Numbered from the stretch's first letter, positions 46,522 through 58,889 are shown. The stretch is DNA of 64,000 nucleotides from Candidatus Aenigmatarchaeota archaeon (GCA_041489155.1 JBGPQP010000005.1:17812-81811), one strand, 5' to 3'. The notes: generated by a model from the letters alone, not told the origin. Made by a program: numbers and translations.

Positions 46522-47223
46522 CTATTCAGAACAAACGCTTGCGAGCTCTTCCGCCTTTGTCCGCATGTTTTCTGCCTGATACAGCGCTCGTCCTATTATG
46601 GCGTGCCAGTCGCTTCCCGCCGCTTTGGCCGCTTCCGTCAGGTCGCCTCCCTGGGTTATCATGCCTGGCGAATAGAAAACCGGGCTCACGCCTTTCGAAA
46701 CCAACATTTTTTTGTAGTCAGCTATGCGTTCGGGTTTGTTCCCCGGGACGACGAAATCGCGAACCCCCAGCGAGGCAGCGAGTTCGTAAATCGCCATAGG
46801 CGCAGAATTTTTTATGAAGCCGCCGTCGTTCTCAAGATATTTGGGATGCGTCATCTCGCCGCCGATTATGACACCAAGGCCTTCTTTCTTCGCGGCTTCT
46901 ATCCAAGCGCGCTCGGTCTCAGGCCCGGCCTGAGGGAAAAGAATGACAGCGTCGACGCCTTTGCATGCCCTCATGAACTTCTCGCCGGTGTCGGGTATGT
47001 CCGTCCCGGCCTTCTGGTGGTCATATATTATCGGCAGGTCTGTATGCTTTCTTATAGTTTTTATCACGCTTTTCATGCCGAATGGTATCACCAGTTCGAA
47101 ACCTATCTTGTAGCCGCCGACGCCTCTGACTTCGCAGGTTTCCTTTACCAGCTTCTCGAGCGCCTCCAGCGTCGGCAAATCACATGCCGGTATTATGCTT
47201 CTTTTGAGTTTTATTATTGCCAT
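46522..47223 (-). CDS. pyrF: Orotidine 5'-phosphate decarboxylase
   Basis: ACD, YKIG, YDHQKAGTDIPDT, SPG..TQGG, IIGRA; last gene of the pyr operon. Confidence 0.85.
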   Translation of the reverse strand: MAIIKLKRSIIPACDLPTLEALEKLVKETCEVRGVGGYKIGFELVIPFGMKSVIKTIRKHTDLPIIYDHQKAGTDIPDTGEKFMRACKGVDAVILFPQAGPETERAWIEAAKKEGLGVIIGGEMTHPKYLENDGGFIKNSAPMAIYELAASLGVRDFVVPGNKPERIADYKKMLVSKGVSPVFYSPGMITQGGDLTEAAKAAGSDWHAIIGRALYQAENMRTKAEELASVCSE

Positions 47224-47235
47224 AAAATCACCGTA

Positions 47236-47883
47236 TTATTCAAGGCCCATCTTCCTGCCCCAGTTCTGCGGATCCTTGTTCCATGCAAGCACCTTTCCGC
47301 TTTCTTCAGGGCCTATGTATTCCATTTCTTTCGCGGTTTTTATCAGCGTTGTGAAGTTGCTGAGCGTTATCAGCTCGCAGTTCGCATTGCGGAACGCGTC
47401 TTTCGCCTTTTCCATCTCGTACGTGAAAATCGCCACGCAATGATTCACGACGCCGCCCTGCGACCTCACGGCCTCTACGCCGTTTATGCTCGATCCTCCT
47501 GTCGAGACTAGATCTTCCACTATAAGGACCCGCTGGCCCTTGTCAAGCTTGCCTTCTATGAGATTCTCCTTGCCGTGCTCCTTGGTTTCCTTCCTTATGT
47601 AAATCATCGGCTTGCCGAGCTTGTCAGCCAGCCAGGCGGCGTGCGGAATCCCTGACGAGGCGATGCCTGCAACCACGTCGAATTCAAGATGCCTTTCCTT
47701 TATCAATTCTGCAAGATAGGCGATGATTTTCCTCCTTTTGTCAGGATACGACATGAGCAGGCGGTTGTCGCAATATATCGGGCTAAGTATGCCGGAAGCG
47801 TATCTGTATGGTTTCTGAGGGCTGAGAGTGACAGCCTTTATCTCGAGCAGTATTTTCGCGACGTCTTCAGCAGTTTCATTCAT
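47236..47883 (-). CDS. pyrE: Orotate phosphoribosyltransferase
   Basis: ASGILSPIYCDNR, RKETKEHG, VEDLVSTGGS. Confidence 0.95.
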   Translation of the reverse strand: MNETAEDVAKILLEIKAVTLSPQKPYRYASGILSPIYCDNRLLMSYPDKRRKIIAYLAELIKERHLEFDVVAGIASSGIPHAAWLADKLGKPMIYIRKETKEHGKENLIEGKLDKGQRVLIVEDLVSTGGSSINGVEAVRSQGGVVNHCVAIFTYEMEKAKDAFRNANCELITLSNFTTLIKTAKEMEYIGPEESGKVLAWNKDPQNWGRKMGLE

Positions 47884-49063
47884 ATTGAACCATCCTCCCC
47901 CTGTTTTTGCTTGTTATCTCGCCGTTTTTGAAAACTACGCCACCGTTGACTATCGTGACAACAGGCCAGCCTCGGAGCTCAAAGCCTTCGAAAGGCGACC
48001 AGCCGCACTTAGTGAACAGCCCATCGTTTCTTACTTTCTTTTTGAGTTTCATATCTATTATCGTCAGATCGGCGTCAAAACCCTCATTTATGAAGCCCTT
48101 GTTTTTCAGTCTGAATATTTTCGCAGGGTTTTCGCACATGGTTTCCGCAAGCCTTCTGAGTGTTGTCATCCGCCTGTTCACCGCGTCAAGCATGAGCGGC
48201 ATCCGCGTCTCCACGCCAGGCACCCCGTAAACCTCGCCGGTTGCCTTTTCCTCCAGAGTGTGCGGCGCGTGATCGCTGCCTATCGTGTCTATCGTCCCGT
48301 CATTAAGAGCGGACCATAGGCTTTTCCTATCCGCATCGCTCTTGAGGGTAGGCTTCATAATTACGTATTTGTTCTGGTTCTTTTCTGTGAGGAAAAGGTG
48401 ATGTGGCGTGACCTCTGTGAAAACATTTTTCTTTCCGTTCTGCTTTACGTAGTCTATCTCATTCTTCAGGCACGCGTGACAAAGATAGAATTTCTTTCCC
48501 AGAGAGGCGGCGATGTCAAGCGCCTTTTTCGCATTCTCGTCCTCCGCATGAAAGGTCGCAATGCGCGAGGCATCTATTATTTTTCTTATCGCGTTTTCAT
48601 CGGTTATCAGCATGTTGCCCGTCGAGGCGTTCATGAAAATTTTTACCGATGCAACGCCCTTCGCTTCTTTTATATCGTCTATGTTTTCGGTCGACGAGCC
48701 AAAATGAAAACCGAAATTCACGACTGATTTTTGAGCCGCAAGCTCGCCTTTCTCCATCAGCAGGTGGCTGGTCAGCGTGGGCGGCTTGGTGTTTGGCATG
48801 TCGATTATGCAGGTCGTCCCGCCAGCGGCAGCCGCGAAGCTTCCTGTCTGGAAATCTTCTTTGTGCGTGAGGCCCGGCTCCCTGAAATGAACGTGGGGAT
48901 CGATGGCCCCTGGCATGACGATTTTGTTTTTTGCATCGAGCTTTTCATCGCTCTGGATTTTTTTCGGGGTTATCTTTGAAATTTTGCCGTCCTCTATGAA
49001 AACGTTTTTCCTGACGAGCCTGCCTTTCAAGTAAACCCTTCCGTTTTCTATCATCAGACTCAT
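47876..49063 (-). CDS. pyrC: Dihydroorotase
   Basis: DPHVHFREPG, DMPNT, EVTPHHL, GSDHAPH; pyr context. Confidence 0.9.
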   Translation of the reverse strand: MSLMIENGRVYLKGRLVRKNVFIEDGKISKITPKKIQSDEKLDAKNKIVMPGAIDPHVHFREPGLTHKEDFQTGSFAAAAGGTTCIIDMPNTKPPTLTSHLLMEKGELAAQKSVVNFGFHFGSSTENIDDIKEAKGVASVKIFMNASTGNMLITDENAIRKIIDASRIATFHAEDENAKKALDIAASLGKKFYLCHACLKNEIDYVKQNGKKNVFTEVTPHHLFLTEKNQNKYVIMKPTLKSDADRKSLWSALNDGTIDTIGSDHAPHTLEEKATGEVYGVPGVETRMPLMLDAVNRRMTTLRRLAETMCENPAKIFRLKNKGFINEGFDADLTIIDMKLKKKVRNDGLFTKCGWSPFEGFELRGWPVVTIVNGGVVFKNGEITSKNRGRMVQYE

Positions 49064-49842
49064 TGGCATCGCCATTTTGCATATTCGCTGACCGGGACCT
49101 TCTCGCCGGATTTCAGACGGGCGAAATGCCCGAAGTCCTGCAGTTTCCTCAGCTTTTCAGAGGAAAAAACAGGACCATCTTTGCATACGCGAACGCCGCT
49201 TATTTCGCACTGGCCGCAGACACCGAAGCCGCATTTCATGTATCTTTCAAGACTGGCCTGGCATTCTATTCCATGGAGCTCGCATACCTCAAAGACCTTT
49301 TTCATCATCACCTCGGGGCCGCAGGTGTATACGGCTTCGAAATGCCTTTTTTTCAAGGCTTCTTCAAGGGCATCGGTCGCGAAACCCTTTGTACCAGACG
49401 AGCCGTCGTCGGTCACGATTTTCGCGTTCTTGAACCTTTTGCTGAAAATGATACTGTCCTTCGATCTGGCCCCGATTATCACTAGGGCGTTTTTGTTTTT
49501 CTCTATCATTGCAGCAAGGGCTGCGATGCCGCAGCCGCCCGCAACGAAGCAGGCGTTTTTCCTTTGTCCGAAGCCGTTGCCGTATGGGCCGCGGATGCCT
49601 ATTTTATCGCCTTCCTTCAGTTTGAACATGGCATTCGTGAACTTCCCGCGTTCCTCGATCGTTATGCCTGTTTCCTTTCCCATGTAAGAAAGAGAGAACG
49701 GCTTTTCATCCAGGCCCGGCAGCCAGACCATCACGAACTGCCCGGGTTTTGCATCTATTATCTTGTCCATGAAGAAGGTTTTTGCGTAAGAATTTTCACT
49801 GACTATTTTCTTGATTCTGGTCATTTCCGGAAGTTCAGCCAT
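49060..49842 (-). CDS. pyrK: Dihydroorotate dehydrogenase electron-transfer subunit
   Basis: KPGQFVM, RGPYGNGF, CGPEVMM, MKCGFGVCGQC...VCKDGPVF. Confidence 0.95.
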   Translation of the reverse strand: MAELPEMTRIKKIVSENSYAKTFFMDKIIDAKPGQFVMVWLPGLDEKPFSLSYMGKETGITIEERGKFTNAMFKLKEGDKIGIRGPYGNGFGQRKNACFVAGGCGIAALAAMIEKNKNALVIIGARSKDSIIFSKRFKNAKIVTDDGSSGTKGFATDALEEALKKRHFEAVYTCGPEVMMKKVFEVCELHGIECQASLERYMKCGFGVCGQCEISGVRVCKDGPVFSSEKLRKLQDFGHFARLKSGEKVPVSEYAKWRCQ

Positions 49843-50746
49843 GGGCCACACCTACCAGCTCATCCGCTTTTTCATACCCGTTTTTCATCAGCCATTCGCT
49901 CATTTCTGAACAGACTTTTCTGAAAACATCAAGCCCCCTGTAATAAATCCCTGACCCCATTCCTATCGCCTTCGCGCCTGCCATCATCATCTCTATCGCA
50001 TCACGACCTGTGGTTATGCCGCCTGTTCCTATTATCGGGATTTTGACGCATTCATAAACATCGTAAACGCAGCGGACCGCGACTGGCCTGAGTGCAGGAC
50101 CGGAAACGCCGCCGACCCCGAAGCCTATCACAGGCTTCTTAGCCTCTATGTTTATTATCATGCCAGGACCCAGCGTGTTCACAGCCGTTATTGCCGATGC
50201 GCCGGCCCTTTCAGCCGCCTTCGCAACCTCGCCTATGTTTTTCGTGTTTGGCGAGAGTTTCACGAAAACCGGAAGTGCCGTGTTTTTAACGACGGCCTTC
50301 GTTATCTCGAAAGTTTTCTCTGGCGTATCCTGGCCGGCTAGCGTTCCGAAGCCCGGCGTGTGCGGGCAGGAAAGGGGGATTTCTATCGCCGAAAAGCCCA
50401 TGCCTCTGATTTCAGAAACCACCTTCGCGAAGTCTTCCGCTTCGCTTCCTATAACGCTCGCGAAAACAGGTGCGCCAAGCTCCCTGATGCCAGCGAATTC
50501 CCTTTTCGCCCCGGAGACGCCGAAATTGGAATAGCCGACAGCGTTCATCATCCCCCCATCGAAAGCGATGATAGTCGGGTTTTTGTGGCCCTCCCTCGCT
50601 TCGAAGGAAAGCGATTTTATGGTAACAGCGCCTGCGCCGTTGCGTATCACTTCTGAAAGAAGAGCTTTTGATAGGCCGAGAATTCCGGAAGCAAGTACGG
50701 TCGGGTTTTTCAGCCTTATGCCACACAGTTCGGTTTCGAGGTTCAT
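49835..50746 (-). CDS. pyrD: Dihydroorotate dehydrogenase (family 1B) catalytic subunit
   Basis: KNPTVLASG, SCPH, VKLSPN, GGVSG, GTGGI. Confidence 0.95.
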   Translation of the reverse strand: MNLETELCGIRLKNPTVLASGILGLSKALLSEVIRNGAGAVTIKSLSFEAREGHKNPTIIAFDGGMMNAVGYSNFGVSGAKREFAGIRELGAPVFASVIGSEAEDFAKVVSEIRGMGFSAIEIPLSCPHTPGFGTLAGQDTPEKTFEITKAVVKNTALPVFVKLSPNTKNIGEVAKAAERAGASAITAVNTLGPGMIINIEAKKPVIGFGVGGVSGPALRPVAVRCVYDVYECVKIPIIGTGGITTGRDAIEMMMAGAKAIGMGSGIYYRGLDVFRKVCSEMSEWLMKNGYEKADELVGVAHG

Positions 50747-50752
50747 ACCATC

Positions 50753-52275
<1,523 letters not shown>

Positions 52276-52301
52276 TCATCTGTCTTTGTGGAGGTCGCGA
52301 T

Positions 52302-53450
52302 ATGAAATCGAAGGCGTTTCTGGCGTTTATAGTATTGACATTGTTGGTTGTTTTTTCAAACGGGGCATTCGCTCTGAATGAAGACCTTAGCGTAGTCCTT
52401 ACTACGCAGAACCCCTATCCAGTCGAGCCCGGGCAGGTTGTGAGCATCGAGGTATCCCTGCAGAACAACGGCTACGGCGAGGCCCAGAACATCATACTCG
52501 AAATAATGCCGAAAAGCCCGTTCACGCTGCTGCCCGGAGAGGAAAAAACAAAGACATTCTCCAGGGTACCCGCAAGGGACCACGTGACAGCGTCGTACAA
52601 ACTTTATGCTGACAAGAATGCGATATCCAGCAACTACGAGGTCGAATTCAAGTCGTACCAGACCGGTTCTGATATGCAGAAGACAGACAAGGTTGCGGTC
52701 CAGGTGCAAGGCAAGCCGAAGCTTGTTCTTGAAAAAATAGAAACCAGCCCGCAGGACATAGAGCCCGGCGAAACGGTTACGCTGGTGGCAACCATAAGCA
52801 ACGTCGGAACAGGCTCAGCATCTCTTATAGAAGCCGGCTTTGTGCCAAACACGAGCTACATAATTCCTGTATTTTCCGGCGGCCTTTATTATATCGGTGA
52901 AATAAAGGCCGGCGAGTCCGGGGAGGCCACATTCCAGATGAGCATTGACAACACGGCTGAATACAAGACATATTCGAACACCCTCGTGCTTTCATACAAG
53001 GATGAAAGCGGAGCATCGCAGGCGACGTCTTTCTCTGTCGGTCTGCCCGTCAGAGGCAAGCCGGTGATAGAAATCCTTAGCGCGAAAGTCGAAAACTCGG
53101 ATTTCAAGGTTGACATCGAGAACATAGGGACTGCGAATGCGAAGGCCCTTAAGATAGCCTTCATACAGGATAATGAAATCAAGGACTCTTCGATAGTTAG
53201 CGAGCTCCGACCAACGAAGTACAAGACCATGAGATTCAAGAATTTCCAGCCTGGAAATGCCTTGATAAACATATCCTATCTGGATGAGAGCAACAAATTT
53301 TTCAGCGAAGAATATCCTGTAAGCGTCACTGCCAGCTCTTCAGATGAAACGGCCAATGGCGGTTTGTCACCGCTTGTGCCGGTGCTTATAGTGGTGGTGG
53401 TGCTGGAAAGCTATTACGTCTGGAAACTGAGAAAGAAAAACAAAAAATAA
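52302..53450 (+). CDS. COG1361-like S-layer-domain protein with C-terminal membrane anchor
   Basis: Signal peptide, PVEPG...NNG and IEPGE...NVGTG repeats, C-terminal TM with basic tail; precedes MacB-type ABC genes. Confidence 0.75.
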   Translation: MKSKAFLAFIVLTLLVVFSNGAFALNEDLSVVLTTQNPYPVEPGQVVSIEVSLQNNGYGEAQNIILEIMPKSPFTLLPGEEKTKTFSRVPARDHVTASYKLYADKNAISSNYEVEFKSYQTGSDMQKTDKVAVQVQGKPKLVLEKIETSPQDIEPGETVTLVATISNVGTGSASLIEAGFVPNTSYIIPVFSGGLYYIGEIKAGESGEATFQMSIDNTAEYKTYSNTLVLSYKDESGASQATSFSVGLPVRGKPVIEILSAKVENSDFKVDIENIGTANAKALKIAFIQDNEIKDSSIVSELRPTKYKTMRFKNFQPGNALINISYLDESNKFFSEEYPVSVTASSSDETANGGLSPLVPVLIVVVVLESYYVWKLRKKNKK

Positions 53451-53493
53451 TATAGTTTCTGCTTAGGCTTGGAAGGTGCGGAAAGGGAAATTT

Positions 53494-54210
53494 ATGTCCA
53501 AGATATTGCTTGAGCTAAAAGACGTCTGGAAAGTTTACCAGATGAAAGGTGTCGAAACCATTGCACTCAAAGGTATAAATCTCCAGATAAAGGCAGGTCA
53601 GTATGCGGCGATAGTCGGGCCGTCGGGTTCGGGCAAGTCGACGCTTATGCACATTCTCGGCTGCCTCGATACGCCGACGAAGGGCAAGGTTTTTGTCGAG
53701 AGCAGGGACATCTCGCAGCTCAAAGACGATGAGCTGGCGCTTGTGCGAAGGGAAAAAATAGGCTTCGTGTTTCAGGCGTACAACCTGATAACCAGCCTCA
53801 ACGCAATTGAGAACGTCTCCCTTCCCATGAGGTTCAGCGGCCGCAGCAAGCAGGATGCGTTCAAGAAAGCAAAGGAACTTTTGATAAAAGTAGGGCTAGA
53901 AAAAAGGATAAACCACAAGCCAAACGAGATGTCAGGCGGCGAGCAGCAGCGAGTCGCTATCGCTCGCGCCCTTGTAAACGACCCTGATATTATTCTGGCG
54001 GACGAACCTACAGGGAACCTCGACACCAAAACTGGCAAGGAGATATTCGAGCTTGTGGAGGGTCTCCACACCAAAACTCAGAAGACGCTCATTATCGTCA
54101 CTCATGATATCAACCTTGCAGGCCGCGCCCACCAGGAGATAAGGATTAAGGACGGACAGATAGTTGGTGATTATGCTCGATCTAGCCATAAAAGATCTGA
54201 AAGAACATAG
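53494..54210 (+). CDS. ABC transporter ATP-binding protein (LolD/MacB-type)
   Basis: [31 protein letters not shown]. Confidence 0.95.
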   Translation: MSKILLELKDVWKVYQMKGVETIALKGINLQIKAGQYAAIVGPSGSGKSTLMHILGCLDTPTKGKVFVESRDISQLKDDELALVRREKIGFVFQAYNLITSLNAIENVSLPMRFSGRSKQDAFKKAKELLIKVGLEKRINHKPNEMSGGEQQRVAIARALVNDPDIILADEPTGNLDTKTGKEIFELVEGLHTKTQKTLIIVTHDINLAGRAHQEIRIKDGQIVGDYARSSHKRSERT

Positions 54211-55303
54211 GGTCAGGACCATACTTACCGCTCTAGGCATCATCATAGCCATAACCGCCATCGTTTCTCTCGGCTCCATATCAGCAGGCGTCAACGAACT
54301 TATTACATCAACAACAAGCGGTGTAGGTTCTGACACCATTTTCGTCACGAAAAAATTCGACTTTTCACAAATGTCCGGTCCCCCCACTGGCTGGGAAGTG
54401 GAAAACATCGACGAGGAACAAATCGAATCCATCCGCTCGATATCCGGCGTAAAGCGTGTCGTGCCGATAATAAGCAAAAGCCCTTCCAACATGTTCGGCG
54501 AGGTCGATGCGATAGACATGGATGAGCTTGACATTTTTGGGGCCAACGACCTGACCCTGAAGGAAGGATATTGGCCTGACAATAACGAACAGGGAGTTGT
54601 AATGGGCTATGTGGCTGCAAGCATGTTCGGCGTCACGGTCGGCGATTACATAACCCTCAACAAGAAACAGGTCGAGGTTCTGGGCATTGCTGAAGAAGGG
54701 CAGGGTTCGTACGATCTTGTTATAATCATGCCCTACAAGTATGGCGAGGAAGTTTACGACATGTCAGGCGAAGCGAATCAGCTTGCCATAGAGCCGCAAG
54801 ATCCTTCGCTCGTGAACGAGATAAAGAACACCATAGAAGACGAGCATGACGACCTCATGGCGATGACCATGGAGGACGCGGTAAAGATGGCGCAGGGGAT
54901 GACGGCGACGCTCAACGTCATGACTTTCGGCATCGGCTTCGTAGCCTCGCTGGTCGCTGGAATAGGCATCATAATAACCATGTACACCTCAGTCCTCGAG
55001 CGCAGGCGTCAGATAGGCATACTAAAGGCTGTCGGTGCCTTCAGGAGGACGATATTCAAGCAGATACTTGAAGAAGGTCTCATACTGTCAGTCGTCGGGA
55101 GCATAATAGGCCTTCTGCTTTCATTCTTTTTCGTTGACGCCCTGAACAACGTTTTGCTTGGCGGAACGAAGCTGGCTGTAATAACGCCTTTGCTTGCAGG
55201 CGGAGCAGTTGCGTATGGCATTGTGATGACCTTGCTTTTCAGCCTTTATCCTGCGTGGATAGCAGTTAAAACCGATCCGATAGACGCTATAAGAAAGGGA
55301 TGA
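54173..55303 (+). CDS. ABC permease (MacB/FtsX family)
   Basis: RTILTALGI, SVLERRRQIGILKAVGA, YPAW...PIDAIR. Confidence 0.9.
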   Translation: MLDLAIKDLKEHRVRTILTALGIIIAITAIVSLGSISAGVNELITSTTSGVGSDTIFVTKKFDFSQMSGPPTGWEVENIDEEQIESIRSISGVKRVVPIISKSPSNMFGEVDAIDMDELDIFGANDLTLKEGYWPDNNEQGVVMGYVAASMFGVTVGDYITLNKKQVEVLGIAEEGQGSYDLVIIMPYKYGEEVYDMSGEANQLAIEPQDPSLVNEIKNTIEDEHDDLMAMTMEDAVKMAQGMTATLNVMTFGIGFVASLVAGIGIIITMYTSVLERRRQIGILKAVGAFRRTIFKQILEEGLILSVVGSIIGLLLSFFFVDALNNVLLGGTKLAVITPLLAGGAVAYGIVMTLLFSLYPAWIAVKTDPIDAIRKG

Positions 55304-55307
55304 TGAA

Positions 55308-56414
55308 ATGATATTGGATATCACTTTGAAGGAGTTCGGCAGACACAAGCTGAGAACATTCCTTACAATGCTAGGCGTGACCATAGGCATATTCTTGGTG
55401 GTGAGCGTTTCATCCTTTTCTGAGGGCATCATCAATTACGTCAACAACCAGATAAGCATAACCTCAGGGTTGGTTACCGTGCACGAAAAGGGAATTCCCG
55501 GTTTCAGTATACAAAGCAGCAAGATAGACCAGGGCTTGGTCGATGACGTCAGAAGCATTTCCGGCGTGGAAAGGGTAGCTGAAATACTTTACGTGAACAC
55601 GCAGGATGTCGGCATGGTCGGAGGAGCGTCTTTGGAAAGCAAAGAAATCATAAGAGGGGTAAACATAAACGTCGAGGAAGGCAGGGAGAACGAGGATGGC
55701 CAGTACGAGGTGGTGGTCGGCAAAAATGTCGCTGAAAGCAGGGGCTACACGGTGGGCGACACGCTCAAAATCGCCGGGAAAGATTTCGAGATAGTCGGCA
55801 TACTTGAGGAAACCGGAAGGGATCAGCTTGACAACGGCATACTGACAGACCTATCAATTCTTCAGGACGTTTCTGGCGAGAAGAACATGCTGACCCTGAT
55901 GATGATACAGCCCTCGACGCCGGAGGACGCGGACAGGATAGAGCAAGAGATAAACGACAATTTCGATGAGATAGAGGCAGCGACGGACAAAAGCATGATG
56001 AACTCAGCAAACGAGATGCTATCTCAGCTCAATCTCATGACCTTCGCTTTGGGCAGCATAGCAGCTCTCATATCCGGCATAGTCATAATGAACGTAATGA
56101 TGATGGCCGTCCGCGAACGCCGCAGGGAAATAGGCATCATGAAGGCAGTGGGAGCGACGAACAGGCAGGTCTTGCTTGCAATCATTTTCGAATCTGTATC
56201 GATAAGCGCCCTTGGGGCGGTTCTGGGCGTCATCCTGAGTTTCGGTGGAGCAGCCTTTCTCAACACAGTCCTGTTAATGCCCCTAGCACTGGTCACGCCG
56301 AGGCTCGTCGCGGAGGGCATGCTCTTCGCGGTGTTAATCGGCCTCGTCTCGGGCCTGCTGCCCGCCAGGCAGGCTGCAAAGCTTAGCCCCATAGAAGCCC
56401 TGCGCTACGAGTAA
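55308..56414 (+). CDS. Second ABC permease (MacB/FtsX family)
   Basis: RTFLTMLGV, VRERRREIGIMKAVGA, PARQAAKLSPIEALRYE. Confidence 0.9.
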   Translation: MILDITLKEFGRHKLRTFLTMLGVTIGIFLVVSVSSFSEGIINYVNNQISITSGLVTVHEKGIPGFSIQSSKIDQGLVDDVRSISGVERVAEILYVNTQDVGMVGGASLESKEIIRGVNINVEEGRENEDGQYEVVVGKNVAESRGYTVGDTLKIAGKDFEIVGILEETGRDQLDNGILTDLSILQDVSGEKNMLTLMMIQPSTPEDADRIEQEINDNFDEIEAATDKSMMNSANEMLSQLNLMTFALGSIAALISGIVIMNVMMMAVRERRREIGIMKAVGATNRQVLLAIIFESVSISALGAVLGVILSFGGAAFLNTVLLMPLALVTPRLVAEGMLFAVLIGLVSGLLPARQAAKLSPIEALRYE

Positions 56415-56423
56415 TTTTTAGGT

Positions 56424-57188
56424 TTATTCTGCGACAAAAAGTTTAAGCACAAATATAACCGCTATACCAAGAATGATGGTTAGAAGCTGAACAAATGACT
56501 TTTTGGTTTCATAGGCATCCTTGTGCAGTTCTGGTATCAGGTCTGACGACGCTATGTAAATGAAGCCTCCGGCTGCGAAGGGCACCAGAAAGGCTGTCAG
56601 GTTCCCCACGGCGTAGCTTGCGGCTATAGCGACCATGGTTCCTGCGACGGCGGTTAGCGCCGTTAGAAAATTGAAGGAAAGCGCTTTCCCCCTGCTGAAG
56701 CCGCCATGAAGCAGCACGCCGAAGTCGCCTATCTCCTGCGGTATTTCATGAAGAATGACAGCGAAGGTTGTCACTATCCCGATTGGCAGGGATGCCATAT
56801 AACCTGCGCCTATTATCAGGCCGTCTATGAAATTGTGGACGCTGTCCCCGACAAGGTTCATGTAGGCAAAGGGGTGGGGATGCTTTTCGCTGGTCGGAAC
56901 GTGACAGTGGCGCCAGTGGACGGCCTTCTCCATTATGAAAAATATTATAATGCCCGCAAGAACCGAAACTGATACATTAACGCCAAATCCAAACTCTTCG
57001 ACTGCTTCAGGAAGAAGATGTATGAAGGCGCCGCCCAGCAGGCCGCCGGCCGAGAAACCCACGAGGTAAAGCAGGATTTTCGCAAGCTTTTCCTCCTTTA
57101 TCGAAATCGTGACTATGCCTATCAGCGAGATAGCGCTTACCACGAAAACGCTCGCTAACGCGTATAACCAGGTTTCCAACAAGACCAT
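56424..57188 (-). CDS. ZIP-family metal transporter
   Basis: HLLPEA, HWRHCH, HNFIDG, HEIPQE, DLIPELH; start adjusted to 57188. Confidence 0.9.
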   Translation of the reverse strand: MVLLETWLYALASVFVVSAISLIGIVTISIKEEKLAKILLYLVGFSAGGLLGGAFIHLLPEAVEEFGFGVNVSVSVLAGIIIFFIMEKAVHWRHCHVPTSEKHPHPFAYMNLVGDSVHNFIDGLIIGAGYMASLPIGIVTTFAVILHEIPQEIGDFGVLLHGGFSRGKALSFNFLTALTAVAGTMVAIAASYAVGNLTAFLVPFAAGGFIYIASSDLIPELHKDAYETKKSFVQLLTIILGIAVIFVLKLFVAE

Positions 57189-57240
57189 GCAAATTATTTT
57201 ATTTTGTGGTATAAAAGCGTCCTGTGATTTAATAATTATC

Positions 57241-58542
57241 ATGGCGAAAAAACCTGCCCAGCAGACCCTGAAACGGGAGATAAACCTGTGGGAAGCGACC
57301 CTGGCCGGAATCGGCATGATTCTAGGAGCAGGCATATATGTGCTTATAGGAAAAGCAGCGAATTTAGCAGGAAATGGCATATGGCTTTCTTTCCTTCTTT
57401 CAGCGGTAGTCGCGATTTTCACGGGCCTGAGCTACGCCGAACTCAGCTCGATTTTCCCCAAAGCCGGAGCGGAATACGTATATACAAAACACGCTTTTGG
57501 AAGGAAGTTCGCCTTCGTGATCGGCTGGCTGATTGTGATTTCAGGCTTCGTTTTTTCGGCGACTGTTTCATTCGGCTTCGCCGGGTATTTCGAAAAGCTG
57601 TTCGGTGCCCCATACATGCTGACAGCCTTCCTGCTGATAATCGTTTTGTCGTTCCTGGTATTTTACGGCATCAAGGAGTCGGTGATACTGGGCGTAATTT
57701 TTACCTTCATAGAGATGTCAGGCATCCTGATAGTGATAGCGCTTGGTGTGCCTTATCTGGGCGATATAAATTATTTTGATTTTCCCAGCTTGGGCGGCGT
57801 TTTCACGGCCGCTGCCCTGATATTCTTCGCGTACATAGGCTTTGAGCAAATCGCCCGCTTATCCGAGGAAACGAAAAAGCCCAAGGTCACCATCCACAGG
57901 GCCATGCTGCTCTCCATCGCCATAACAACGGTGCTTTATGTCCTGGTCGCCTTGTCCGCGGTTTCGATAATTGACTGGAGGGTACTGGGCGCCTCGAAAG
58001 CGCCGCTCGCAGACGTAGTTTCCAATGTTTTAGGGCCGCAGGGTTCCCTGATACTTTCAGTGATAGCCCTTTTCGCGACATCGAACACGGTTCTCTTCAT
58101 GCTCGTCGCAACATCGCGCATGATATACGGCATAGGCAAGTCATTTTCACACGAGAGCATTTTCGCCCGCGTACATTCAAAGACCCGGACACCATGGGTC
58201 GCTACGATCATTACAATGGTTTTCTCCCTGCTTGCTTTGAGCTTCGGCAAGATAGAAACAGTCGCTAACATTACAGATTTTCTGATATTCTTCGTCTTCA
58301 TCGTGATAAACGCTTCGGCGATAAAGCTGCGCTACTCAGTCAAAAGGGAAGAGCATCATTTCAAGATGCCGCTGAATATTGGCAGATTCCCGCTCGTGCC
58401 GGTTTTAGGAATAGTTTCGTGCCTCGTGCTGATGGCATATGTCAATTTCGAGGTAATGCTCTATTCCGCCCTGATGATCGTTGTCGGTTTTTTGGTAGCA
58501 GAAATCCTCGAAAAAAAGGGTATCGTGGCAAAGTTTGAATAA
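57241..58542 (+). CDS. APC-family amino acid permease
   Basis: GAGIYVL, SYAELSS.FPKAG, FFAYIGFE...SEE, SRMIYG, RTP; start adjusted to 57241. Confidence 0.9.
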   Translation: MAKKPAQQTLKREINLWEATLAGIGMILGAGIYVLIGKAANLAGNGIWLSFLLSAVVAIFTGLSYAELSSIFPKAGAEYVYTKHAFGRKFAFVIGWLIVISGFVFSATVSFGFAGYFEKLFGAPYMLTAFLLIIVLSFLVFYGIKESVILGVIFTFIEMSGILIVIALGVPYLGDINYFDFPSLGGVFTAAALIFFAYIGFEQIARLSEETKKPKVTIHRAMLLSIAITTVLYVLVALSAVSIIDWRVLGASKAPLADVVSNVLGPQGSLILSVIALFATSNTVLFMLVATSRMIYGIGKSFSHESIFARVHSKTRTPWVATIITMVFSLLALSFGKIETVANITDFLIFFVFIVINASAIKLRYSVKREEHHFKMPLNIGRFPLVPVLGIVSCLVLMAYVNFEVMLYSALMIVVGFLVAEILEKKGIVAKFE

Positions 58543-58549
58543 AATAAAA

Positions 58550-58736
58550 AGCGGAGAGTGGGATTTCCGAACTTTTTCCATTAACGCTTTTTGTTCAAGC
58601 GAAAGCTGCCGGAAAAAGGGTTAGTCGAACCCACCTATGCCGGTATCTGCTTAGTCACAGACCCGAAAGTCTCATCGTACCAGCTGTGCCTCAGCAAAAG
58701 CTGCAGCCGGCCACCTAGCCGATTGGTTATCTCCGC
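58550..58736 (-). tRNA. tRNA-Cys(GCA) with two BHB introns: 37/38 (58645..58700, 56 nt) and T-loop 59/60 (58564..58623, 60 nt)
   Basis: GCGGAGA acceptor stem, U73 discriminator, two BHB motifs; splicing yields a 71-nt cloverleaf. Confidence 0.85.
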
Positions 58737-58889
58737 TTCGCAATAATTAAATTGTGCAATAGATTATTAAAAGTAATTTTCAGATTCCGCGAAACTATTT
58801 AAGAGGGCGCAAGGTTAACTTAAATTAACCAGAATACACCCTCTCTGACATTTTGGATTACAGGACAGTAAACATAAACTGCTTGGTGA

